DNA of 64,000 nt from Pseudomonadota bacterium. Its GTDB lineage: Bacteria > Pseudomonadota > Gammaproteobacteria > Burkholderiales > JAJZUU01. Below are positions 56,284 to 64,000 of this stretch, piece by piece (position 1 is the stretch's first letter; every line of letters begins with the position of its first letter). A program made the position numbers and the translations under genes. Location: NCBI GenBank assembly GCA_021848325.1, contig JAJZUU010000008.1:3393-67392 (forward strand), written 5' to 3'. Under the pieces are notes generated by a model. That model had not been told where the DNA came from, did no database searches, and saw only the letters and a list, made by a program, of their open reading frames with translations.

Positions 56284-59025
56284 TCAATGGGCACGCTCCC
56301 AGTTCGCCCCCACTCCCAGGTCCGCCACCAGCGGCACGGTCAGCTCGGCCACCCCGCACATCAGCCGCGGCAGCGTCTCCCGGACTTCGTCCAGTTCCCG
56401 CTCCGGGACTTCCAGCACCAGTTCGTCGTGCACCTGCATGATAATCAGGCTTTCCAGCCCCCGGTCGGCGAGCCACCCCTGCACCGCGATCATCGCCAGC
56501 TTGATCAGGTCGGCGGCGGTACCCTGCATCGGGGCGTTGATGGCGGCGCGCTCCGCCGCCTGGCGGCGCTGGCCGTTGCGGGCGGCGATCTCCGGCAGCC
56601 ACAGCCGGCGCCCGAACACGGTCTCCACGTAGCCGCGGCTGCGCGCCTGCTCGCGGGTGCGTTGCATGTAGTCGGCCACCCCGGGATAGCGCGCGAAATA
56701 GCGGTCGATGTAGGCCTGGGCGGCGCCCCGTTCCAGGCCCAGTTGGCTGGCCAGGCCGAAGGCGGACATGCCGTAGATCAGGCCGAAGTTGATCACCTTG
56801 GCGTAGCGCCGCTGTTCGGTGCCGACTTCCTCCGGCGCCACCCCGAAGATCTCGGCGGCGGTGGCGCGGTGTACGTCCAGCCCCCGGGCGAAGGCGGCCA
56901 GCAGTCCCGGGTCCCCCGACAGGTGGGCCATGATGCGCAACTCGATCTGGGAGTAGTCGGCGGAAACGAGCTGGCTGCCCGCGGGGGCGATGAACGCCTC
57001 GCGGATGCGGCGCCCCTCGGCGGTGCGCACCGGGATGTTCTGCAGGTTCGGCTCGGAGCTCGCCAGCCGGCCCGTCACCGCCACCGCCTGGCTGTAATTG
57101 GTGTGCACCCGGCCGGTGGTGGGGTCCACCATGCGCGGCAGCTTGTCGGTGTAGGTGGACTTGAGCTTGGCCAGGCTCCGATATTCCAGGATCCGCTTGG
57201 GCAGCGGATAGTCCAGGGCGAGTTGCTGCAGCACGTCCTCGTCGGTGGAGGGGGTGCCCCCCGGCGTTTTCTTCAGGACCGGCAGTTGCAGGCGTCCGAA
57301 CAGGATCTCCTGGATCTGTTTCGGCGAGTTGAGATTGAAGGGCTGGCCCGCCAGGGTGTAGGCGTCCTGTTCCAGGGCCTGCATCTTTTGCCCCAGTTCC
57401 CGGCTCTGGGCGTGCAGCAGCCGGGTGTCCAGCAGGACGCCGTTGCGCTCTATGGTGAACAGCACGTCGATCAGCGGCATCTCGATGCGGCGGTAGACGA
57501 AATCCAGCGCGCTGTCGCCGCCGATCCGGGGATATAGGGCGTGGTGCAGGCGCAGGGTGACGTCCGCGTCCTCGGCGGCGTAGGCCGCCGCCACGTCCAC
57601 CGGGACCTGGTCGAAGCCGATCTGCGCCGCCCCCTTGCCCGCCACCTCGCTGTAGGTAACGGTGGTCACGCCCAGATGGCGCTGGGCCAGGGAGTCCATG
57701 TCATGGCGCTTGTGGCTCTCCAGCACATAGGATTGCAGCAGCGTGTCGTGCCGGATACCGGCCAGGCGGATGCCGTGGTTGGCGAAGATGTGCCGGTCGT
57801 ACTTGATGTTTTGCCCGAGCTTGGGCCGTTCCGGGTCCTCCAGCAGCGGCTTGAGGCGTTGCAGCGCCAGGGCCTCGTCCAGTTGCGGCGGCGCCCCCGC
57901 ATAGCGGTGGCCGAGGGGGAGGTAGGCGGCGCGCCGCTCCTCCACCGCGAACGAGATGCCCACCAGGCGGGCGCGCATCGGGTCCAGGCCGGTGGTTTCG
58001 GTGTCGATGGAGATCAGTTCGGCGCCGACCATCCGGGCCAGCCAGTCCTCCAGCGTCGCCGCGGAGACGATGGTCTCGTAGTCCCTTTCTTCCGCGGGGG
58101 CGACGGCTGCCGGCGTGGCGTCCCCCGCGTCGATCTCCCGGCGCCAGGTCTTGAACTCGAAGCGCTCGAACAACCGGGCGAGCGTCGCCCGGTCCTGGGG
58201 TTGCGGCCGCAGATCCTCCAGCGCGAGCGGCAGAGGGACATCCATCTTGACCGTGAGCAGCCTGCGCGCGTTCGGCAGCCAGTCCAGGGCCCGGCGCAGA
58301 TTCTCCCCCGCCACCCCGGGGACTTCGCCGGCGTGGGCCATCAGGTTATCCAGGGTCCGGTATTGGCCGAGCCATTTCAGCGCGGTCTTGGGCCCCACCT
58401 TTTCCACGCCGGGGACGTTGTCCACGCTGTCGCCGATCAGGGTCAGGTAGTCCAGGATGCGCTCCGGGGGGACGCCGAACTTGGCCAGGACCCCGTCCGG
58501 GTCGAGCTTCTCGTTGGACATGGTGTTGACCAGGGTGACGCGGGGGCCCACCAGTTGCGCCAGGTCCTTGTCGCCGGTGGAGATGATGGTGCGGATGTCC
58601 TTGTCCCGGGCGTGCCGCGCCAGGGTGGCGATGACGTCGTCCGCCTCCACCCCTTCCACCACCAGCAGCGGCCAGCCCATGGCGCGAATGGCCTGGTGCA
58701 GGGGCTCGATCTGGCGGACCAGGTCGTCCGGCATGAGGGGGCGGTGCGCCTTGTATTCGGGGTACCATTCGTCGCGGAAGGTCTTTCCCTTTGCGTCGAA
58801 TACGCAGGCACTGTAATCGGCGCTATAATCCTTGTGCAGCCGGCGCAGCATGTTGAGCACGCCGTAGATCGCCCCGGTCGCCTCGTTGCTTCGGGTGCGC
58901 AGGTCCGGCAATGCGTGAAAGGCCCGGTAAAGATAGGAAGAGCCGTCCACCAGCAGCAGGGTCTTGGCCGATTCATCGCCGCTGTGCGGCCCCGTTTCCA
59001 TTTTTTGATGCAGGTTTTCAGACAT
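56284..59025 (-). CDS. polA: DNA polymerase I
   Basis: LLLVDGSSYLYRAFHAL (5' nuclease), FDTET-type exonuclease motif (ISIDTETTGL), DYSQIELRIMAHLS, QVHDELVLE. The start is ambiguous between ATG 59025 and ATG 59001. Confidence 0.95.
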   Translation of the reverse strand: MSENLHQKMETGPHSGDESAKTLLLVDGSSYLYRAFHALPDLRTRSNEATGAIYGVLNMLRRLHKDYSADYSACVFDAKGKTFRDEWYPEYKAHRPLMPDDLVRQIEPLHQAIRAMGWPLLVVEGVEADDVIATLARHARDKDIRTIISTGDKDLAQLVGPRVTLVNTMSNEKLDPDGVLAKFGVPPERILDYLTLIGDSVDNVPGVEKVGPKTALKWLGQYRTLDNLMAHAGEVPGVAGENLRRALDWLPNARRLLTVKMDVPLPLALEDLRPQPQDRATLARLFERFEFKTWRREIDAGDATPAAVAPAEERDYETIVSAATLEDWLARMVGAELISIDTETTGLDPMRARLVGISFAVEERRAAYLPLGHRYAGAPPQLDEALALQRLKPLLEDPERPKLGQNIKYDRHIFANHGIRLAGIRHDTLLQSYVLESHKRHDMDSLAQRHLGVTTVTYSEVAGKGAAQIGFDQVPVDVAAAYAAEDADVTLRLHHALYPRIGGDSALDFVYRRIEMPLIDVLFTIERNGVLLDTRLLHAQSRELGQKMQALEQDAYTLAGQPFNLNSPKQIQEILFGRLQLPVLKKTPGGTPSTDEDVLQQLALDYPLPKRILEYRSLAKLKSTYTDKLPRMVDPTTGRVHTNYSQAVAVTGRLASSEPNLQNIPVRTAEGRRIREAFIAPAGSQLVSADYSQIELRIMAHLSGDPGLLAAFARGLDVHRATAAEIFGVAPEEVGTEQRRYAKVINFGLIYGMSAFGLASQLGLERGAAQAYIDRYFARYPGVADYMQRTREQARSRGYVETVFGRRLWLPEIAARNGQRRQAAERAAINAPMQGTAADLIKLAMIAVQGWLADRGLESLIIMQVHDELVLEVPERELDEVRETLPRLMCGVAELTVPLVADLGVGANWERAH

Positions 59026-59755
59026 GAGCGCTTTCGAAAAACTTCCCAAGATCCTGGACCCGGAACTGCTTGCCAAGTCGACCTATTCCGCCCGGGAGTC
59101 CTGGCGGGTATTCGAGATTATGGCAGAATTCGTCGAGGCCACGGAACGGCTGAACGCAATCCGGCCGGCGGTGAGCATCTTCGGCAGCGCGCGGACGGTC
59201 CCCAAGGACCCCTACTATACCCTGACCGAGCAAATCGCCAAGCAGCTTTCCGATGCGGGGTTCAGCGTGATCTCGGGCGGCGGCCCGGGCATCATGGAGG
59301 CGGCCAACAAGGGCGCCTATTTCGGCACGTCCCCCAGCGTCGGCCTCAACATCCAGCTGCCCCACGAGCAGCACGCCAACGCCTACCAGGACATCAGCCA
59401 GACCTTCCGCCACTTCTTCGCGCGCAAGGTGATGTTCGTGAAATTCGCCACCGCGTACGTGGTGATGCCCGGGGGCTTCGGCACCATGGACGAGCTGATG
59501 GAGGCGCTCACCCTGGTGCAGACCGGCAAGACCCGCAAGATTCCCATCATCCTGGTGCACGAGCCGTTCTGGCGCGGGCTGCTCGACTGGTTCAAGACCA
59601 CGCTGGTCGACCAGGGCATGATCAACCCGGAAGACCTGGATCTCATCAAGGTGATCGACGAACCCGAGGCGGTGGTGGAGGCGATCTTCAAGCACTACGA
59701 AGCCCGGGGCTTCGAACCGTCCGCAGAAGAGCGGGAAATCCAGCTCAATCTCTAA
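59024..59755 (+). CDS. LOG-family (TIGR00730) Rossmann-fold nucleotide-binding protein
   Basis: VSIFGSAR, GGGPGIMEAANKGA, PGGFGTMDELMEALTLVQTGK. Confidence 0.9.
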   Translation: MSAFEKLPKILDPELLAKSTYSARESWRVFEIMAEFVEATERLNAIRPAVSIFGSARTVPKDPYYTLTEQIAKQLSDAGFSVISGGGPGIMEAANKGAYFGTSPSVGLNIQLPHEQHANAYQDISQTFRHFFARKVMFVKFATAYVVMPGGFGTMDELMEALTLVQTGKTRKIPIILVHEPFWRGLLDWFKTTLVDQGMINPEDLDLIKVIDEPEAVVEAIFKHYEARGFEPSAEEREIQLNL

Positions 59756-59794
59756 TTCAGATTCCGAGTATTCGCCGCTTTGGTCCGATTGCCT

Positions 59795-62700
59795 TCAAGA
59801 TGCCGCCGTGCCAGACTCGGCCGGTAGCGTTTCCTCGACGGCTTGCTTGGCGTGTTCCGCCGCGAGCACCATATACATCGCCGGCACGACGAAGAGCGTG
59901 AACAGCGTGCCGATCGAGAGGCCGGTCGCGATTACGAGCCCCATGTTGAACCGGCTTACCGCGCCCGCCCCGCTCGCGGTGATCAAGGGCAGGACACCGA
60001 GCACCATCGCCGCCGTGGTCATCAGGATGGGCCGCAGCCGAATGCCTGCCGCCCGTTCGATCGCTTCCCGCTTGCCGAGGCCCTTTTTCTGGAGATTGTT
60101 GGCGAACTCGACGATCAGGATGCCGTGTTTGCTGATGAGCCCGATCAGGGTGACCAACCCCACCTCGGTATAGATGTTGAGGCTGGTGCCGCCGACACCC
60201 AGGCTGATGAAGGCCAGCGCGCCGAAGATGGACATGGGCACGCTCACCAGAATGATCAGCGGATCGCGGAAGCTCTCGAACTGGGCGGCGAGCACCAGGA
60301 AGATGATGATTATCGCGAAAAAGAAGGTGAGAACGAGCGCGCTGGATTCCTGCATGAACTGCCGGGACTGGCCGCCATAGTCGATGGTGTAGCCTCGCGG
60401 CAAGGTCTTTTCCGCCAAATTCTTGAGATAGGTCAATGCCTCGCCTTGAGTCGCTCCCGGGAACGCGACCCCCGAGATCGTTGCCGCATTCTGCTGCTGG
60501 AAGTGATTCAGCGACTCCGGAATGGTCGAGGTCTCGATGTGGGCAACGGTCGACAAGGGGACGGCCGCGCCGCCGGCGGTGCGGATATAGTAATCCTTCA
60601 ACTGGTCGGTGTTGAGCCTGAAGCGCTGCTGCACCTGCGGAATCACCTTGTACGACCGGTCATCGAGACTGAAATAGTTTACGTAGCCTCCCCCCAGCAT
60701 TGCCGAGAGCGCGCTGCCGACGTCGCGCATCGAGAGCCCGAGCTGGGCGGTCAGGTTGCGGTCGATGACCACCCTGGATTGGGGGAGATCGTACTTGAGG
60801 TCATCGTCGAGGAACATGAACATGCCACTCTTCTGTGCGTCATGCAGAAACTTTGTGGCCACTTGGTTCAGGCGGTTGAACGGATCGGTGGTCTGGATCA
60901 CGAACTGGATCGGCAGGCCCCTGCTGCCCGGCAGCGGGGGGGGCTGAAATGCCACCACGCGGATGCCTGCGATATGGCTGAGTTCCTTCTGGATGACGGG
61001 TTGCAACTCGCTGGCGGTCTTCTTCCGCTCGTTCCACGGCTTCAGCACCATTCCGGCGATCGATTGACCGGGCATGTCGATCTGGAACACGTGGTCGGTC
61101 TCGGGGTGCTTCACGAAGGCTTCGTAGACGGCGTGGGAGTACAGTTGGCGTTGTTGCAGCGTCGCGTCCGGCGCCGAGGTTGAGGAAGTGATAACCACGC
61201 CCTGATCCTCTTGCGGAGCGAGTTCGGACTTGGCCCCGCTGTACAGGAAATAGATGCTCCCGAGGATGATCAGGGCAAAGGTCACGGTCACCGGAACGGT
61301 GTTGAGCGTACCGTGGAGAAGCCGTTCGTAGCGCTGGTGCAGCGCGTCGAAGCGGCGGTCCAGAAACGCCACGAATTTCGCCTGCCATCCCTTCGGGGAC
61401 GGATCGTGGGGCTTGAGCAAGCGGGAACACATCATGGGCGAGAGGGTCAGCGCGACGACGCCCGAGATGGTCACCGTACCGACCAGGGTGAATGCGAACT
61501 CGGTGAACAATGCCCCGGTGAGCCCCCCCATAAAGCCGATCGGAATGTAGACGGCGATCAACACGGTGGTCATGACGATGATGGGATTGGCCAATTCCCG
61601 TGCCGCAAGAAGGGCCGCCTGCATGGGGGAGAGGCCTTCCTCGAGGTGGCGGTCCACGTTTTCGACGACGATGATCGCGTCGTCGACCACCAGCCCGATG
61701 GCGAGAACCAGGGCAAGGAGGGTCAGCAGGTTGACCGAAAAACCGAACAGCAGCATGACGGTAAACGTACCCACCAGGGAGAGCGGGATGGCAATGACCG
61801 GAATCAATACCGATCTGAGGGAACCCAGAAAGGCAAAAACGACCAGTGCGACGATCAACAGCGCCTCGACCAGGGTATGCTCCACCTCGTCAATGGAACT
61901 GGTCACGAATTTTGTGGTGTCGTAGACGATCTGCCCGTTGAGTCCTTCGGGAAATTGTCTTTGAATATCGGGAAAAACATCCCGCACGCGCTTGATGACC
62001 TCCAGCAAATTGGCCGAAGGCGCCACCTGGATGCCGATGAAAACACCCTTCTGGCCGTCGAATGCGACCTGGGATTCGTAATCCTCCGAGCCCAGCGTGA
62101 CCTTGGCGACGTCTTCGAGACGGACCACGGCGCCATTCTGCTGTTTGACGATCAGCTTGCGGAAATCCTCCAGGGAATGGAGGCTGGTGGAGGCGGTGAG
62201 ATTGACCTGCACCATCTGGCCCTTGGTGCTCCCCACGGCCGAGAGATAATCGTTGTTGGCCAGGGCGGCCTGCACATCCGCCGCGGTGAGTCCGTAGGCG
62301 GCCAGTTGCTGCGGGTTCAGCCACGCGCGCAGGGCAAACAGTTTTCCGCCGAGAATCTCGGCGGTCTGCACCCCTTCAACCGCCTGCAGTTTCGGCTGCA
62401 CGACGCGAATCAGGTAATCGGTGATCTGGTTAGATGTCAGGACACCGCTGGAAAAACCGATGTACATGGCGTCGGTGGTTTGACCGATCTGGACGTTCAA
62501 GACCGGCTGCTGCGCACCGGGCGGCAGTTTGTTGAGCACCGCGTTGACCTTGGTGTTGATCTCGGTCAGCGCCTTGTCGGAGTCGTAGTTGAGGCGCAAA
62601 TTGGCCGTGATGGTACTCAGTCCCTGGGTGCTGGTCGACGTCATGTAGTCGATGCCGTTGGCCTGGGCGATGGAGTTCTCCAGCGGCGTGGTGATAAACC

Positions 62701-62890
62701 CTGCGACCAGGCTCGGGTCGGCACCGGTATAGGCCGTGGTTACGGTCACCACCGCATTCTCGGTGCGCGGGAACTGCAACACCGGCAACAGTCCGATGGA
62801 GCGCAGGCCGAGCACCAGCAGCATGAGGCTTACGACCGTCGCCAGTACCGGCCGGCGAATGAAGATATCGGTAAATTTCATCCCGCTCAC
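59795..62890 (-). CDS. Multidrug-type RND efflux permease (AcrB/MdtB/MdtC-like)
   Basis: 1031 aa. MKFTDIFIRRPVLATVVSLMLLVLG, AIGLVVDDAIIVVENV. Confidence 0.9.
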   Translation of the reverse strand: MSGMKFTDIFIRRPVLATVVSLMLLVLGLRSIGLLPVLQFPRTENAVVTVTTAYTGADPSLVAGFITTPLENSIAQANGIDYMTSTSTQGLSTITANLRLNYDSDKALTEINTKVNAVLNKLPPGAQQPVLNVQIGQTTDAMYIGFSSGVLTSNQITDYLIRVVQPKLQAVEGVQTAEILGGKLFALRAWLNPQQLAAYGLTAADVQAALANNDYLSAVGSTKGQMVQVNLTASTSLHSLEDFRKLIVKQQNGAVVRLEDVAKVTLGSEDYESQVAFDGQKGVFIGIQVAPSANLLEVIKRVRDVFPDIQRQFPEGLNGQIVYDTTKFVTSSIDEVEHTLVEALLIVALVVFAFLGSLRSVLIPVIAIPLSLVGTFTVMLLFGFSVNLLTLLALVLAIGLVVDDAIIVVENVDRHLEEGLSPMQAALLAARELANPIIVMTTVLIAVYIPIGFMGGLTGALFTEFAFTLVGTVTISGVVALTLSPMMCSRLLKPHDPSPKGWQAKFVAFLDRRFDALHQRYERLLHGTLNTVPVTVTFALIILGSIYFLYSGAKSELAPQEDQGVVITSSTSAPDATLQQRQLYSHAVYEAFVKHPETDHVFQIDMPGQSIAGMVLKPWNERKKTASELQPVIQKELSHIAGIRVVAFQPPPLPGSRGLPIQFVIQTTDPFNRLNQVATKFLHDAQKSGMFMFLDDDLKYDLPQSRVVIDRNLTAQLGLSMRDVGSALSAMLGGGYVNYFSLDDRSYKVIPQVQQRFRLNTDQLKDYYIRTAGGAAVPLSTVAHIETSTIPESLNHFQQQNAATISGVAFPGATQGEALTYLKNLAEKTLPRGYTIDYGGQSRQFMQESSALVLTFFFAIIIIFLVLAAQFESFRDPLIILVSVPMSIFGALAFISLGVGGTSLNIYTEVGLVTLIGLISKHGILIVEFANNLQKKGLGKREAIERAAGIRLRPILMTTAAMVLGVLPLITASGAGAVSRFNMGLVIATGLSIGTLFTLFVVPAMYMVLAAEHAKQAVEETLPAESGTAAS

Positions 62891-64000
62891 TCGTCCGTGG
62901 GCTTCGGCGCCGCGTCATTGGCCGGTTCGATCGCATTGTTGATCACGACCGGCGAGCCGTTGCGCAATTTGATCTGGCCGGAAGTGACCACCACGTCCCC
63001 GGCCTTGATTCCCTTGGCAATCGCCACTTGGTCGCCCCGGGTTGCCCCGGTGGTTACAAATTTCTGCCTGGCTACCAGCCGCGGCCGTCCGTCCGGGGCC
63101 TTGCCGTTTTCTTCCACCACGTAAACCAGGTTGCCGTAGGGGTTGTAGGAGATCGCCGTCTGGGGCAGCGTAATCTGGCGGCTGGGCGGACCGGCCTGAA
63201 TGTCGGCAATTGCGAACATGCCGGGCAGCAGCAGGTGGCGGGGGTTGTGGATCGCCGCCCGGACATGGACGTTGCGCGTGCTCGGATCAACCTTGGGGTC
63301 GATCGCGGAGATTTCTCCGGCAAAGGTCTGACCCGGGAAAGCGTCGGCCCGGGCTCCCACCGACTGACCGACTTTAATCCGGCCGATGGATTTCTGGGGC
63401 AAATAAAAATCGACGAAAATCGGATCGAGCGCTTGCAAGGTGACGATCTTGGTGCCGGCATTCAGATATTGGCCGAGATCGACGGCCCGAATGCCAAGAC
63501 GGCCGGCGAACGGCGCACGGATAAGCTTCTTGTCCACCAGCGCCTGTTGCTGAGCTACCTGCGCGCTGGTGCCCTTCACGGTCGCCCTGTCGGTATCGAG
63601 GGTCGCCTGGCTGACGGCACGGTCCTGGTACTGCTGCAAGTCCCGCGCATAAGTGCTCTTGGCCAGTTCCGCCGCCGCTTCCAGTGCATGCAGTTGAGCA
63701 ATGTCAGACACCGCGTTGAGTTCCAGCAGGAGCGTGCCGGCTCTTACCTCCTCGCCCGATTTGAAATGGATGCGCGACACGATTCCGCTCACTTCCGGGG
63801 CGATGTCCGTGCCCTGCCTGGCGGTCAGGGAGCCGACCGCCTCGATCTGGGGCTGCCACGCCTGTTCGCTGGCCGTGATTGTCGACACGGTTTGAACGGG
63901 GGTGCCTTGGGAAGCCATGAACTTCTTGACCATGCGCGCCTTGAACGCCTGAAAGCCGAAAATGGCGCCGAGCAGGGCTCCGACGAGCAGCAGCATGATT
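62887..64000 (-). CDS. Efflux RND periplasmic adaptor subunit (N-terminus probably beyond window edge)
   Basis: ATGA overlap with the pump gene. Lipoyl/hairpin/beta-barrel motifs are present (GTLLLELN, APFAGRLGIRAVDLGQYL). The ORF is open to within 4 nt of the window end. Confidence 0.85.
   Translation of the reverse strand, partial: IMLLLVGALLGAIFGFQAFKARMVKKFMASQGTPVQTVSTITASEQAWQPQIEAVGSLTARQGTDIAPEVSGIVSRIHFKSGEEVRAGTLLLELNAVSDIAQLHALEAAAELAKSTYARDLQQYQDRAVSQATLDTDRATVKGTSAQVAQQQALVDKKLIRAPFAGRLGIRAVDLGQYLNAGTKIVTLQALDPIFVDFYLPQKSIGRIKVGQSVGARADAFPGQTFAGEISAIDPKVDPSTRNVHVRAAIHNPRHLLLPGMFAIADIQAGPPSRQITLPQTAISYNPYGNLVYVVEENGKAPDGRPRLVARQKFVTTGATRGDQVAIAKGIKAGDVVVTSGQIKLRNGSPVVINNAIEPANDAAPKPTDE

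Overview
This is a high-GC (about 65%), densely coding chromosomal window from a beta- or gamma-proteobacterium. I found no rRNA, tRNA, CRISPR array, prophage or recognisable defence island.

Layout:
- 1-17 kb: an MSHA-like type IV pilus locus. It holds an ExeA/MshM-like ATPase, secretin, TPR protein, an MshE-type ATPase with a c-di-GMP-binding N-terminus, a platform protein, PilMN/PilO/PilP-like assembly proteins, a Cys-rich PilX_N-like protein, and minor and major pilins. A repeat mosaic interrupts it. So does a module made of a polytopic histidine kinase, an ABC-2 permease and an unknown protein. The major pilin has a near-consensus sigma-54 promoter.
- 17-27.6 kb: a CPA2 antiporter, then the conserved kdsD-kdsC-lptC-lptA-lptB-rpoN-hpf-ptsN-hprK-rapZ block and a NusG_II/Gx-transporter pair.
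- 27.6-39.5 kb: small metabolic and transport genes. These include ubiX, a Lon-N domain protein, a PhnD-like binding protein fused to rhodanese, a degenerate LMW-phosphatase-like protein, two more cation/proton antiporters, tcdA, cynS, and a PhoX-family phosphatase with a Pho-box-like promoter.
- 39.5-47.7 kb: a minus-strand operon of cytochrome b561, outer membrane factor, adaptor and RND pump, followed by an OmpR-type regulator and a kinase.
- 47.7-49.1 kb: a low-GC stretch of transposase remnants and repeats.
- 49.2-64 kb: housekeeping genes (pgsA-like, hemF, tsaC, purE, purD, purH, fis, dusB, polA, a LOG-family protein) and a second RND pump with its adaptor, which is cut by the window edge.

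The most unusual sequence-level signals are two families of non-autonomous MITE-like repeats. Both sit at CTAG sites and abut each other. The best candidate for something undescribed is the sensor/permease/unknown-protein module inside the pilus locus. That is an inference only. All product calls rest on motifs I recognised in the translated ORFs, with no database search.
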